This document shows, one piece after another, positions 1-13,697 of a DNA stretch of 64,000 nt. Source of the stretch: Octopus sinensis. Lineage: Eukaryota. Location: contig NC_043009.1 in NCBI RefSeq assembly GCF_006345805.1, positions 21,018,001 to 21,082,000 of the forward strand. Reading direction: 5' to 3'. How positions within the stretch are numbered: position 1 is the first letter of the stretch; the number at the start of each line of letters is the position of its first letter. The notes under the pieces were generated by a model. It searched no databases, had not been told where the DNA came from, and saw nothing but the letters and a program-made list of their open reading frames with translations. The position numbers were made by a program, and so were the translations under genes.

Positions 1-649
1 ACTGAAACTGGAATGCTGAGTTGATGCTGTAATAGTGTTGGCAGTCTAATATGAATACTAAAGGTTATTAATGAGAGTTATATAATCTTTGAAGATTTGA
101 CAAAGCAATCTACTTAGGTTTTCCTGATATAATTGATTTTCTTCTCAATATTAAGGAAACATGCTTAAGATGCAGAACTAAATATGTTATAAACTAGTTT
201 TGTTTTGCTTTGCTTTATATATGATAAGAAGTTTTTTGAAAGTAAATAAAAAATATTGTATTAGCTAATCATGATTACAAGGAAATTTTCAACAAGTCTT
301 TGTTAAAGCTTCAAGCAATTAAATGGGTCTTTAAATGAACAGCAAAAAGCTAGATAAAGAGAGACTGATTAAAGAGAAGCAATAATTAATGTGCTCTCAT
401 CAACACTTATCAACAATGCATGTAAATGGTGCTTCAACAGTGTATGTACAGAGTGAATTGACAAGGCATGTATATGGTGCCTCAACAATACAATTTTTCT
501 TGTGAGCGATTAATTTCATAGAGAAATATTAGTCAACTAAAAAAAAAACATTTATATATATTGGTCTAGTTTAAATAAACCCTAATATAACAGTAATTTA
601 TGAATTATTTACTTAGTAAATTTAGTGAGTATGAAAACAAATACTTTAC

Positions 650-979
650 TCTGCATGACTTGATAGGAAAATGTGTTTGGTATTTGCTTGGTGTATGATA
701 TTTCCAGGTGGCTTTTGTAAAAGGAGATGGAATTTGAAATTCATTGGTTGCCCCACAAAAATTATGGTGGGTAATCTTACAGAATTGCTTTATTTTTGTT
801 GACTTTAAAGCTATTTCTTCTTTTATTTTGTTCAATGGCTGTGGTTCACTTTTTTCCATTGATGTAGAAACTTTCTCCTCCTTCTCAGATACTTTTGGCT
901 TTACTTTCACAAATGCATCTTTCAAATTGAGAATGTCTTCCTTGGTCACAGAGATAGGAGTTGATATTGTCTTTAATAT
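650..979 (-). CDS. Internal coding exon (110 codons, phase 0-0) of an unidentified K/E/S-rich host protein
   Basis: Acceptor aaacag|ATATTAAAG, donor TGCAGA|gtaaag, 330 nt open frame ILKTISTP...PIKSCR; no TE similarity recognised. Confidence 0.7.
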
Positions 980-1029
980 CTGTTTATAGAATTTCATAAC
1001 AGTTAATATCAATTATTTCATTAAAATTC

Positions 1030-1320
1030 AACTGATGGGTAATGTCGGTGTGCTTATACGACAGAGTATAAATGATTTAAGAGAAAAACTGGGCATAAGA
1101 AGCATCAAATGTTGAGTACAAGAAAAAGCAATGTGCTAGCATGGTCGTGTGATGTGTATGGATAAAGACAGCTGCTTCAAGAAGTGCTGATGTCTAGTTG
1201 TGGAGGGAACCTGTAAAAGGGGTAAACCCAGGAAGATGTGGGACAAAGTGGTGAGAAACAATCTTTGAATGCTGGGCCTCACTGAGGAAATGATGACCAG
1301 GGACTGGGAGTTGAAGACAC
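1030..1320 (+). mobile_element. Degenerate RTE LINE 3' ORF fragment
   Basis: Matches the LREKLGIRSI...GRPRKTW region of the RTE at 30332-30649. Confidence 0.75.
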
Positions 1321-1355
1321 CAAAACAGAAATGGCTAAGAAAGCCCGAATTGGCA

Positions 1356-1437
1356 TCTATAAGGGAAGTAACTCTCTAAAAATGCTTATATAGTTATTTC
1401 CCTTACAAACCCGAGCAACGCCGGGCGATACTGCTAG
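1356..1437 (+). mobile_element. 82-bp minimal non-autonomous Helitron-like element
   Basis: A|TC start, 3' hairpin CCCGAGCAACGCCGGG, CTAG|T end; 3' part matches 18913-18981. Confidence 0.75.
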
Positions 1438-1446
1438 TATATATAT

Positions 1447-2197
1447 ATATGGATTTTTTCCCTTTGAACGGCAGATTGAGAAATTAATTTTTTGTAACTA
1501 AACATTTTCAAACTTCAGACACTGGTAGAATGTGTCATATAAAACATCTTTTACTCTTAGTGTTGTTGAGAAAAGTTTCTAATTTCAAAGTCATTTCGTG
1601 TTAGAGTTGTCGTATTTTGGTAATTTCAACCAATCAATGACGTGTATTCAGCTGAATAAAATTACTACTGTTGTTTGTCAACAACAGCTATTGGTGGTGT
1701 ATATTTCGTTTGTCACTGTTATTTATGATATCGTTCATGCGTTTGTACAGGTTTTAGCTTCAGGGGTGAGGGAATTAGGGTTATGGAAAAAAATGAAAAA
1801 ATGAAGAAATTGGAGGGGGGCAAAAAAGACTTACCGAAAATAGTAGCTGAAAAACAAATAAAAAAAAAAACTTAAAGTGGTAGAAATACACAAAGGATTA
1901 TGGTGGTGCCATGAAGTAAACATGTTTCAGATACACTCGATTATTTACACAAACATAACTGAGATGAAATAAGTCATAAATAACAGTAACAAACTAAATA
2001 TACACAGCCGGAAGTAGTTGTTGACAAACAACAGCAGTAATTTTATTCAGCTGAATACACGCCATTCATTGGTTGAAATTACTGCAATATGACAACTTTA
2101 ACACGAAATGACTTTGTATGACACATTCTACCAGTGTCCGAAGTTTGAAAGCGTTTAGTTACAAAAAATTAATTTCTGCCGTTCAAAGGCAAAAGAT

Positions 2198-2200
<3 letters not shown>
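1447..2200. mobile_element. MITE/foldback element with roughly 200-240 bp imperfect terminal inverted repeats
   Basis: 1447-1690 is the reverse complement of about 2010-2200 (e.g. cctttgaacggcag/ctgccgttcaaagg, gtattcagctgaataaaatt); flanked by (TA)n. Confidence 0.8.
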
Positions 2201-2232
<32 letters not shown>

Positions 2233-2277
2233 TAATACATATATATCATTCGTCATCATATATATATATATATATAT

Positions 2278-2577
2278 CACCGTGACCGACCAGGCTATCA
2301 GATATTGCTACACATCGCTGGTCACAATGCGCTTCGCATTGTTCTAACCTTCAAATGACGCCACCCCGCTGGCTAAGCGAGCAGGCCAACAGAAGAAAGA
2401 GTGAGAGAAAGTTGTGGCGAAAGAGTACAGCAGGGATCGCCACCACCCCCCTGCCGGAGCCTCGTGGAGCTTTAGGTGTTTTTGCTCAATAAACACTCAC
2501 AACGCCCGGTCTGAGAATTGAAACCGCAATCCTATGACCGCGAGTCTGCTGCCCTAACCACTGGGCCATTGCGCTTC
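2278..2577 (-). mobile_element. tRNA-derived SINE
   Basis: Minus strand has A-box TGGCCCAGTGG and B-box GGTTTCAATTC; second copy at 41511-41778. Confidence 0.85.
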
Positions 2578-3548
2578 CATATATATATATATGCTCTAAT
2601 ACTAGGTTACTCTCTGTTGTCAATATACTGTGAAAGCTTTATATACACACACACTTACTTGTTGGTGAATAGTCATATTTTCTTCTTGATCATTAGTCTC
2701 TGAAGAAGAAAAAAAAAAGGATCAATGGTACAAAAATATCCAAAGTCTACTACTACTACTACTACTGCCAATGCTGCTGCTAACAATACAGGCACTACTG
2801 AATGCATGTGGTGGAAAAAATGTAAACTACCTGATTGTATTTTACCTCTAGGGAATTATAGGTAACAGTGGACATACATAAGCAAGAAAATAGTCACCAA
2901 CCAACCCTACACCTATTTGACCGAGCAGCATGATTATAATTCCTTATACTTGTCTTTACACCAACTTTTGTAGCATTTATTCTAACATTTACTTTATTTT
3001 ATCCTGTTATGTTTACTATTCTTTTTCTTTTTATTTCTATTATAAAAATCTCAATGGTGCTATGATTTTACAAACTGAACTAAACTAATGTTGGTATGGC
3101 AAAAACCATTTATTTCAAATGGTTATTTCCTGTTATACATGCATTCGAAAAACTACACTGACATGTTTCATTTCAGCCTGATCTTTCTTACTTTCATCAC
3201 TTAATAATGAAAGGTGTCTTTTATGATTTGAATTCCGGTTGAAAAATTGCTGATTTTTCTCACACATTTTCTCACACATGCAAATCCCCCAGTTTTTCAT
3301 ACACACCTTCCACCTCAGAGGCAGAACCACTATTTACCCTTTATTACTAATAAAATTATTCTTCATTGCCAATAACAACAATTTTGGTTATTATTATTAC
3401 CATCAATTTTACCATCCAGGAGTTTCAATACATCTTTCAAACCTTACAATTTTCATTTACCCATTTTTATAGTTTGACCTTTAAACATCGGAGTTGTACT
3501 TGCATAGCAAGTGACCTGATCTGAAATCGTGTGCTGGAACGAAAACAA

Positions 3549-3695
3549 TTGCAGTGTGGAAGGTGTTTATAAGCCATTTAAGAAACACATAAAAACCGTT
3601 AGATTCACTTCAACATTTAAATTTAATTTGCCAGAATATTTTCTAACAGTTTTTGTGTGTTTCTTAACTGATTTATAAACGCCTTCCACGCTGCC
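3549..3695. repeat. Short inverted repeat with about 55-bp arms
   Basis: gcagtgtggaaggtgtttataa...ccgttaga versus tctaacag...ttataaacgccttccacgctgc. Confidence 0.7.
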
Positions 3696-4327
3696 TTTTA
3701 ACATCAATCCATGGGAAATAACTCTTTTTTTTCTTCTGTCTTTACATCTTCACCTATGTTCCTCTAGCTATGTACTTCCAGCTTGTATTACTGGCAGAGA
3801 CGTCGATATTGTTTAGTGGCAATAATCAACACAAGACCAACTTTCTGACTAGTTATACACCACAAACTTGTAACATTGTTTGACTGTGAAAATATAACTC
3901 TGCTCTCTGACTTATACTGACTGTGCTTTCGATCCTAATTTATGAATAACTGACAGCACACACACACACACACACACGTGAAGTGTGCATGCGAGTGTGA
4001 GTCCTTGTCTTGGCCTCATGTGGTAAACAATTATCACCATTGTGCAAGTGGAGTCATTCACTTTCAGTCTTCCATAGAAATATGTCCAGCTAAGAGGAAA
4101 TACTAATTTCATTAGAAACACATGGAGGTTGGCAACAGGAAAGGCATCAGTCTATAGAAAATCTGCCGCAACAAATTCTGTCAGACTCATGCAAGCATGG
4201 GAAAGTGGCTCTTTTGAAACAAGGATAATGATGGTAATGTATGCTAGGCTTCCATAGTTTCCATCAACTAAATTTAAATTTAACTAATAAAGTTTTAACA
4301 AATTAAATAAAATAGGTTGAAACAAAC

Positions 4328-4414
4328 TTAACAAATCCAACTTAGGGAATAGGTCAGATGATTTGTCTTTCTGATTGAAAGCATCTTGGTTATCTGCATT
4401 TTGGATATCAGGAT
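4328..4414 (-). CDS. Candidate internal exon of the unidentified minus-strand gene
   Basis: Acceptor tttcag|AT is phase-1 compatible with exon 12015-12129; frame NPDIQNADNQDAFNQKDKSSDLFPK; donor weak (A|gtttgt). Confidence 0.4.
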   Translation of the reverse strand: MLISKMQITKMLSIRKTNHLTYSLSWIC

Positions 4415-4949
4415 CTGAAACTCTAACAGAAAAATTTAGTCATAGAAAATTTTATAAATATTTCCATCAAACAACATACAGAAGTTAATCAAAAGTGAAT
4501 AATTAGTGTGAAATAAATCGTCACATATTCGAAAGCCATATTCTGTTTACTCAATGAAATGCAAAAAAATAAAACACTTTATCCTAATTTTGTGAAATAA
4601 CCTTTTATTTATTCTGCAACATTTATTGTTAATAATAATTCTTGTTTCAAATGCTCTACACCCTTTTGGGAAGAAAATAACAACATCAAAAACTTAGACG
4701 AACTTCTAAGATTGCATTTGAATAAAATTAGTGTATACATTCATATTGTAATTAATATTGTGGATTGCTAGATATTTAGTACACACACTCACACCCATAA
4801 ATATAGATAGGTAAGAAAATAAATATTTTACATCAAACCCTTAATTTTAAATAATTCAAGAAGATGTCCCCTTGTATATTGATAATTTAGATGCTGTAAT
4901 GTTAATAATAATTTAGCAATGGATACATGTTGTTTAATACAAGCAGTGA

Positions 4950-5390
4950 TTGAGTGGGAGAAGACAAGATTTATGAATTCACATAAAATGTTTTTTTTAG
5001 ATTTGTGTTAATGGAGTCAGTGCAGGTTTGAAGTGTCAAGGTTAAATATGGGCTGACACTTGATTATGGAAGAATAAAGGGTGGTATGCTTACATAGGGG
5101 TAGATATTGTGGGAGGCAATGGCAAGTAGGTTATTGATGTGTAGCAAGAAGAATGTGAAGAACAAAACTAAACCTTGGGACACAGTAGCATTATCAAAGA
5201 GTTGAGTGAAGGAGTTCCATTAAGACATATGCCATGGCAGGAAGCTTTTAAAAGAGATGGATGAAACCTGAATATAGGAATTTTAATCAACAGGTTCATG
5301 TGTGAAACATAGCTGAAGCACATGTGAAGCTTCTATGAAATTTTTTGATGGCAACAGCTCACTAAGAGACTAACATAATGCTTCATATTT
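4950..5390 (-). mobile_element. Old CR1/L2-like RT fragment
   Basis: Degenerate VSQGLVLFFTFFLLHINNLL...NIYPY resembles GVPQGSVLSPTLFLLYINDL...YADD. Confidence 0.55.
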
Positions 5391-5439
5391 CTAAGTGGAG
5401 AAATACAATTCAACAAGAAGCTACCAGGTTGAGGAATAA

Positions 5440-6590
5440 TTCAGGAGCGTTTTTATCAAATTTTAAAATGCATGCAGAAATAAAACAAACTGGTAACATG
5501 TTTTATGTTATTTAAAAGAGAATTTTTTGCTCTACAAGACAGTGTGTTTTGATTTTTTAATTTTATTGATTTTTGTGTATTTTCTGATCATTAAAATGGA
5601 ATGTCAAGTGGACAAAACTGAGCATTTTTGACACCATTTGCTTTTCGCATTTATTCAAGGTGTTAAGGCTGCCAAAGCTGCTCATGAGATTTGTGCTGTG
5701 TATGAAGAAGGAGCAATGTTTCAAAGTACCACTTGCTGTTGGCTTTTGTGCTTCAAAAATGGGAATTTTGATCTCAAGGATGGACCACACACCAGTCGAC
5801 CAAGTGAGTTTGATGAAGAGCGACTGAATCAACTTCTTCCTGAAAATCCACATCAAACAACTAGAGAATTGGAGGAGCAGATGGATTGTGATCAAAAAAC
5901 TGTGGTGAATCCTCTTCACTCAATGGACAAGGTTCAGAAACTTGGTGCTTGGATGCCACACACTTTGAGTGAAAACAACAAAAAAATCAGTGCTCCACAA
6001 TCACCATCAGTTTGCTTGTTCAACATTGCTCAACACATGGTCACAAACAGCATTTCCTTTACAGCATTGTCATTGGCAATGAAAACTGATGCCTTTACGT
6101 CAATGTGAAGGAGCAAAAAGAATGGCTCAGTCCCAACAAACAAGTGACTCCGCGAGCAAAACAAAACATTAATCCTTGAAAGACCGTGTTGTATGTATGG
6201 TGGGACTGGGAAGGCATAATTCCTTAAGAAGTGGAACTGCTTGAGTGTAACCAAACACTCAATGTAGAGCTCTATGTTCAGCAACTGCACTGACTCAATG
6301 AAGCAATTCAGCAAAAAGACTGAATAGGTGAAATGGTATTCTTCTGCAACATGACAATGCCCATCCTCACATTGTCAATATGACCAAAGCCATGATTCAA
6401 GAACTTGAATGTGAAGTGCTGCCTTATCCTCCATACCCTTCAGACTTGGCACAATCAGACTTATTTCTCTTTTGACTGTTTTCAAATGCTTTGTTCAATA
6501 ATGACATAGAATTGAGGGCCTGGCTGGACGAATTCTTTGTGTCAAGACCAGGACATTTCTATTGCTGAGGCATCAAAAAACTTAATGAAT
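5440..6590 (+). mobile_element. Defective mariner transposon (transposase pseudogene)
   Basis: HTH region, WMPHTL (WVPHEL-like), HDNAHPH and YPSDLAQSD (YSPDLAPSD-like) motifs with stops and frameshifts. Confidence 0.9.
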
Positions 6591-7400
6591 CATCATCATC
6601 ATCGTTTAACGTCCGTTCTCCATGCTAGCATGGGTTGGACGGTTCGACCGGGGATCTGGGAAACCAGAAGGCTGCACCAGGCTCCAGTCTTATCTGGCAA
6701 CGTTTCTACAGCTGGATGTCCTTCCTAACGCCAACCACTCCGTGAGTGTAGTGGGTGCTTTTTATGTGCCACCTGCACTGGTGCCAGGCGAGGCTGGCAT
6801 CGGCCACGGTCGGATTGGTGCATTTTATGGAAGCCAGTCGAGGTGGCGCTGGCATCGGCCACAATTCAGATGGTGCATTTTATGGAAGCCAGTCGAGGCG
6901 GCACTGGCTTCGGCTACGATTCGGATGGTGCTTTTTATGTGTCACCGACACGGAAGCCAGTCGAGGCGGCGCTGGCATCGGCCACAATTTGGATAGTGCT
7001 TTTTACGTACCTCCAGTCCCAGGGCCCTGGCATCTGCCGGGTGCTAGTCATAGGATTGGCTCAATTTCGATTTCACTTGCCCCAACAGGTCTTCGCAAGC
7101 AAGGGGGGTTGCCATAGGTGCCTGTCATCGGATGAGGTTCGATATCGACTTCGCTTGCCTCAACAGGTCTTTGTGTGTCCAAGGGAGGAAAGGCATGCAT
7201 AAGTGGGCTGGGCTCCCTTGTCCTGCCTGGTCTTCTCATGTACAGCATATTTCCAAAGGTCTCGGTCACCGGTCATTTCCTCAGTGAGACCCAAGGTTCG
7301 AAGGTCGTGCTTCACCACCTCGTCCCAGGTTTTCCTGGGTCTACCTCTTCCACGGGTTCCCTCAACTGCTAGGGATTGGCACTTTTTCACACAGAAGAAA
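6590..7400 (-). mobile_element. 5'-truncated RTE LINE (ORF end, 3' UTR with internal tandem modules, (GAT)n tail)
   Basis: GRGRPRKTWDEVVKHDLRTLGL peptide; 3' UTR close to 29870-30330. Confidence 0.9.
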
Positions 7401-8226
7401 GTCATAAACAACAATGGAGAGTATACTATTAATTTGTTGTAGTTTTTTTGTTTAAAATTAATTTGAAAAAAATGCTCATGAATTATTCCTCAACCCAATA
7501 TATCATTTTCATTATCTTCTAAATCTTTCTGATGAAGATATGTGAAGAAGTGGCAAAGTTTGATCTCAAATGGCCAAACCTCATGAAGAAGAAGACAGAT
7601 CAATAAATATGTGACAACTTGCTGTACTGAAGAAGACCCATCCATTTTATATAACTGGTGATGGAAGTTGAGAATAAATAATTTGTACATTTGGGTCTGT
7701 TGTCCATTATGTTGATATCTGTTGTCCTCTTACTCTGTCACACCAAAAGTATAACAAAGGATACCACTGCATCACTCTGTATTCAATTCCTTCTTACTCT
7801 ACACTCCACCCCCAGGACTCTTTTTCCTATCACTCATATTTATCACACCTTCCTCTTGAATCCATCACCCTATCTCACCTGCACTAATCACTCTCCTATC
7901 ACTTTCTCTTCCCCATCTCATGACCTCACATGCTGTACTATTCAATCCCTTTACCAACAACCATCATGTAACTCTTTCTCTCTCTCACCTCCTCCATTAT
8001 TTCCTCTCACTCCCTCTTCTATTCATCTTTTTATTCATGTTCAGTGAATGGGGACAGGGCAACTTCTCAAGGGCACCCAGTACACTCTATAATGTAGTTG
8101 ACATTAGGAAGGATACTCAGCCACCAAAGCTATGTCAAAAATGGAATGAACAAATGAGACATAGGGACTGATCCATTGGGACAGTAATTCCAACCCATAC
8201 CAGCATGGAAAAGTGAAAATAAAATG

Positions 8227-8525
8227 ATGATGATGATAGAGTCCTCCATTGAAGTCGACATATAAAGTGTGCAGCCTGCACAAATGGTTTGTTTATAATG
8301 ACCAAATGTCTACGCAAATACATTAGCACACTCCCTCCATCAGGTCAATGTTGCCTGAACTGGAGCAGCAGGGTGCACCACACATCAGGTGTCAATGTGA
8401 TCACAGAACAACGTGAGATGAAGTGTCTTGCTCAAGAACACAATGCACTGCTTGGTCTAGGAATTGAAACCACGATCTTGCGATTACGAGTGCAACACCC
8501 AAACCACTAGGCCATGTACCCCTCA
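8227..8525 (-). mobile_element. tRNA-derived SINE (second family)
   Basis: Minus head TGGCCTAGTGG...GGTTTCAATTCC followed by gttcttgagcaagacactt. Confidence 0.7.
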
Positions 8526-8639
8526 CATACGATGGTGATACAGTAAATTATAATGATGATGATGATGTCACTTACTGCCAAGTATCCTTTAGCTTTGCTA
8601 ATCCTGAAAATCCTGAAAGAGAAGAAGAGATAATCATAA

Positions 8640-9719
8640 AGTTTAACAGCAGAGAGAGGCGGTAAGGAGTTGGTAAGGAGTTAGAGACTGAAGATGGAAA
8701 TGTATCACCAGTATCAAAGCAGAAAAAGCATTCTAAATGCTCTGAAATCATCAGAACACCTGAATTTATCCAACAAGTTCAACAGATCATTGATTACAAT
8801 CCCAGAAAAGTTCATGAAGTCAATTGCAAAAGATCTTCATGTGTCAGAAGAAACAGTCAGAAATGTTGTCTATGAAGACATCAGATATCTCTTATATGAC
8901 GAGGAAAGGTCAATTTATCAAAAAAAGCAAAAGAAAATCACTACATAAGATCTAAAAAGTTCTTAAACAAACTGTAAATCCAGAAGAAGAAAATTGGATC
9001 ACGTTTTTCTCAAACGAGAAGAACTTCAACCAAGATCAAAAAGTTTACAGAAGAAATGACAGATGGCTATGTGCAGACCCTTCTTAAGTACCAAATGTTA
9101 TGCATACAAAATTTCCTGCAACTGTCATGGTTTTAGGGGTTGTCAGCAATGAAGGACATGTGATACCTCCTTACTTCTTTCCACAAAGTCTTAAGAGTTA
9201 ACTGCCACCTACATTGAGGTCCTGAAAACAGTTGTTAAGTCCTGGATAGACAGTGTATGCAATGGAAGGCCATATGTGTTTCAGTAAGACTTTGCGCTAT
9301 TACACATTGCTGTAGTAACACCGGAATGGATGGCTAAAAAATTTCATGATCACATAACCCCTAACATTTAGCCTCCTAATTCCCTAGATCTCAATCCATT
9401 GGACTATTACATATGGAGCGTTGTTGAGAGAGAGGTCAATGAACATGCCCACAACACCAAATACTCTTTGAAAGCTGCCATAGTTAGAGTAATGTCCAAA
9501 ATGAACCAGGACCACTTGATTTGAGCATGTAGATGATTTAGATCTCATATAGAAGCAGTTGTTGAAGCTGAAGGTGGCTTTATTAAATAACATTATAATG
9601 AAAGGTTTATTTTTATCCTCATAGCATTTTTTGATATATAAAGTTATTATCTGTTATTATATATGTTTATTTTTTTTATAAACATAAATCTGTCCTCAAA
9701 TATCTTATGCACCCTGTAC
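8640..9719 (+). mobile_element. Defective Tc1/mariner element, probably DD37D (maT-like)
   Basis: SIAKDLHVSEETVRNVV, FSNEKNF, PPNSLDLNPLDYYIW, IEAVVEAEGGFIK*; right end cttatgcaccctgTA. Confidence 0.85.
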
Positions 9720-11660
9720 ATCACATGACCAAACCATCACAGTCTTCTCTCTTGCACATGTTATCTAATTTTCCTTATGCCAAACGTTTTTCCTTAAATA
9801 CACTAAAGCTCTGTTGCACATGTACACTGAAACTTTCTTATTATTATTCCATTGTAGCTCTTGTGTCATAGCTTGTACTGGTGTTCCATGTGGAATTCCT
9901 TCCTAGACCTTTTATACATTTACTTGATGGAGGAAGGGTCCTGTCTGTTTTCTAGCTTAAGGCCCTTTGATTCCAGGTTTTGTTTCCACACCTGGAATTT
10001 CTTTTCTAGTTCTATTACAGAATCTGCTATAAGAGCAAGGGCTGCCAGTCTTGAATTCCTCTGTTATGTCCTAGAGGACACTGATGAATATAAGTGGACT
10101 GAGAACCAAACCCTGGTGAATGCCTACCTGTACACTAAATTCATCACAATACTCGTGGTTAACTCTCACCTTACTAACAGAACCTCTGTACATGGCTTGT
10201 ACGGCTTTCACAAGCCATTCATCTTCCCCTAACTTCCTCAGAGCCCACCATATCATACTGTGGGATACTCTGTCAAAGGCTTTCCGTAAGTTAACAAATG
10301 CCGATGGTTTATTCATGGCCAAATACTTCCACAGTTGTCTGACTATAAAGATAACATCAGCAGTGCTTCTCTGGGGCCCAAAGCCAAACTGCATTTCATC
10401 TAATCTGATTCTATTCCTAATTAACTGGGCTATAACTCTTTCTATCACTTTCATGACCTGATCCAGCAACTTGATGCCTCTGTAATTACTTCTATCTGAG
10501 GCATCTCCCTAACCCTTGTAGCAGCTGACTATAATGCTGCTACACCTGTCACTGGGATGGCACCTTCCTGAAGAACATGATTAACTATCCAGGTGACTAA
10601 ACTGTATCCTACCAAGCCAGATATTTTAAGCATCTCAGCAGTGACTCCCAATGGGTCAGGGGTTGTCCCTGTCTTCATATCCTTAATTGCCTTATCTATC
10701 AACACAAACAGCTAGTCCCTCTGTTGGGTTCACATAGGGAAGACTCCCTTTCTCCCATTCACTCCTTACATTTAATAACCTTTCATAGTAGCATACCATT
10801 ATCCATACACACACACTTCTCTCTCACATCTCGATTCTCTCTGACACACTGTCTAGCAATCTGGAACACCTCAAGTCTCTGATCTTCACGCTGTAAGACA
10901 GTTGCAAACCTCTTCCTTTCTGCTTCTGCCCTGTCTAGCTAAACCTATTGCCTAGCTTTCCTCTTGGCTACCTGATATAGCTCTTTGCTGCTTCCATTTC
11001 TCCAGTCTCTCCAAGCCTGTCTCTTCACGTTTATGGCCCTATCTATCTCACTGTTCTACCACCAGGTCACTCTCAGTCTGGTCACAGATTTGGTCAGCAG
11101 CCTTCCGAAGGTTGTTTCATAGGAACTTCCAGTTGTCCTGTATGTTATATGTCACAACCTCCTTTTTCTTATTCAATGCTCTAATCAGAATGTCTCTAAA
11201 CCTCTGACTGTTTGATGGATCTTTCAGTTTCCATAGCCTCCTTTTCCATATCATTTACAAGCATCAGTCCATCTCTGTTTCTGGTGTGGATGTAGTCAAT
11301 CTGACTTGAATGTCCAGCAGACTGAGAAGTGATAAAATGGCTGGTTGGTTTCCTGAAGTTGGTGTTACAGACCAGCAAGTCATTTGCATCACAGAACTCC
11401 AGGGGCCTTGTTCCCTCTTCATTTCTACTGCCAAAGCTAAAGCCTCCATGCACACCATAAGCCCAACATGACCATTGAAGCCACTAGCAAAGATAGGATC
11501 ATTTCCCTCTGTTGTTGAGGTAGACTGCAAAAGCAGCTCAGAAACATTCCTTCTTTTCATCAGCTTGTCCAGCATGTAGAGCATATGCACAGATAAATGT
11601 CACTGGTGCATTATAGAAGACTATTCTTAACCTGATACCTGACTACATCAATCACCTTAT
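9720..11660 (-). mobile_element. Degenerate RTE LINE (endonuclease and RT remnants)
   Basis: LDQVMKVIERVIAQ...MQFGF, GIHQGLVLSPL, LLVCNTNFRK, QIDY motifs. Confidence 0.9.
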
Positions 11661-12014
11661 CTATCCACTTCCTGCCACAAGTGTACCTACTTTGCCTACA
11701 CCCTCACTTCTATATAATACTATATTGATATATCAATATGATGAGTTATCATATTGATATATATATTATATTGCCAATGATCAACTGAAACCTCATGATG
11801 TGCTTCATGTTTTAATGAAATTTCAATTGTAATTCTATGAACTTAAATATGGATATTTTTGTGGAGATGGTCTAAGGTGGATTGCTATAAAAAAAGGTTC
11901 ATGCAATTTGATTTGTGAATCTAGTCAATTTATGAATGACAATTAGAGTAGAGGGTCCTTTCTGAATATTAAGTTTATTAGATGACTGTCATAAAAACAA
12001 GAAATACGACTCAC

Positions 12015-12129
12015 TAGGAATAGTTTGATGAGGAGTTGCAGTATATCTTGTTTTAGCTGGAGATTTCAATCCCTTTGGCATACATAATTTTTCTGCTGCT
12101 TCAATCAAAGACTTAGCAGTACTTTTTAC
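12015..12129 (-). CDS. Internal exon (phase 0-1) of the unidentified minus-strand gene
   Basis: Acceptor tttgatcaccag|GTA, donor CCTA|gtgagt, open frame VKSTAKSLIEAAEKLCMPKGLKSPAKTRYTATPHQTIP. Confidence 0.75.
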
Positions 12130-12468
12130 CTGGTGATCAAAGTAAAATTGAACTGTTATAATAGAGCAATTTTTGTTCTATTTTTAAAATCCTTTATTAA
12201 TTTTTTTTATTGATTTTGTATAATACTTCAATTTATTGATTTAATACTCATATTCATCATCATTTTACATTTGTTTCTTTCATTCTGGCATGGGTTAGAT
12301 GAATCACTGCAATCCAAGTCAGTTCTTATTTGCAGTTACTTCTTTCCTACATGATTGGAGGATCACATCTCACTTGTCGGTTCTGTTCTGAGATGGATCT
12401 GTTTTAGCATGTTTGGTACATGAAACAAAGGGCAATAAAGGAACTTTTTAAAACAATGTAGGATCTTC

Positions 12469-12545
<77 letters not shown>

Positions 12546-12724
12546 TATCAACAGCTTATTACTCAAGTGCAGTGTTTCAGTTGGCCTGGCTCAGAACTTA
12601 TGTGGGACAAGTAGCTTAATACTTGATCTAGTTTGAAACAGTAGAAATAAAAACATTGATAATAACACCAAAATGAAAATAAAAATATTTTCATGAAGAA
12701 GCAAGACTGGAGCAATAATTATCA

Positions 12725-13200
12725 ACCTCAACCTCATCATCATTTAATGTCCATTTTTCCATGCTGGCATGGGTTGGATAGTTTGATAAGAACTGGCAAA
12801 CCAGAGAGTTGTACCCAGCTCTATTATCTACTTTCGTATGATTTCTACGGCTAGACACCCTTCCTAATGCCAGCTAGTCACATATCAGGCAGCTGTGCTG
12901 GTGACAAGTGGAAAGCACCTTTCGAACATGGGGCCTGATGGAGGCAATGATAAGTGATGGAGACCTTTGGCAATATGCTGTGCTTGAGAAGAATTATGAA
13001 GCCAAGTGAAAGTGTAGTTATGGCCGATGCTGGTGTCATGTAATTGGGACCTGTGTTGGTGGCATGTAAAAAGCAACAACCACTACACTCTTGGAGTAGT
13101 TGGTGTTAGGAAGGGCATCCAGCCATAGAGACCATGCCAAGTCAGATTGTAACCTGGTGCAGCATGGAAAGCAGATGCTAACTGATGATGATGATGGGTG
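12725..13200. mobile_element. Two oppositely oriented RTE 3'-end fragments
   Basis: Shared tail ggttggtgttaggaagggcatccagcc...gatgatg in both orientations. Confidence 0.7.
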
Positions 13201-13697
13201 CATTTTTAGTGGCTTGCAAGATAAAAACTTCTTGATTGAAAGTGGGGGAACAGAACTGAGGTGGGTGGCTTTGTGCCAGTTGATGAGAGGTGAAAAAGAA
13301 TAATAGAGGGATAAAGATGGGTGTCTTGCTGTAGAAGAGATATGAGGATACCTCAGTAGGAAAAGAAAGGAGAGAAAGAGAGTGGTAGAGATAGGGAGAC
13401 AGAATGAGAAAGTGTGAAAGATGGTAGTGCAGATGTGTTGAGACCATACCTTCAAGGTACGGTGGGGGTGGTGAAGAACATAGGTGAAGTGGTAGAGGGG
13501 ATTGGACTGATTGGGAAAGTGGGGGGTATAAAGGAAGAAGCTTTATAAGAGTGTGAGGAAAGATGGTTAGAGACAGGATAGAGGTGATTGTGGCGAGTGA
13601 TTGTGAGAGATATAGGAGTGCTTTAGGGGACAGGGGTTTATGGTAGCATTGAGATTGACAGCAGATAAGAAAGATGTAAATATTTAGTAATTCTTAC

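Noticed and set aside
2278-2577. tRNA gene
   Set aside because: A/B boxes only, no cloverleaf; continues into a SINE body repeated at 41511
3515-3560. Hammerhead-like CTGAAA...CGAAAACAATTG
   Set aside because: Core and stem I do not fit
7490-7655. Exon-like ORF (QQVVTYLLICLLLHEVWPF...)
   Set aside because: Acceptor plausible but only weak donors; could not be placed confidently in the exon chain
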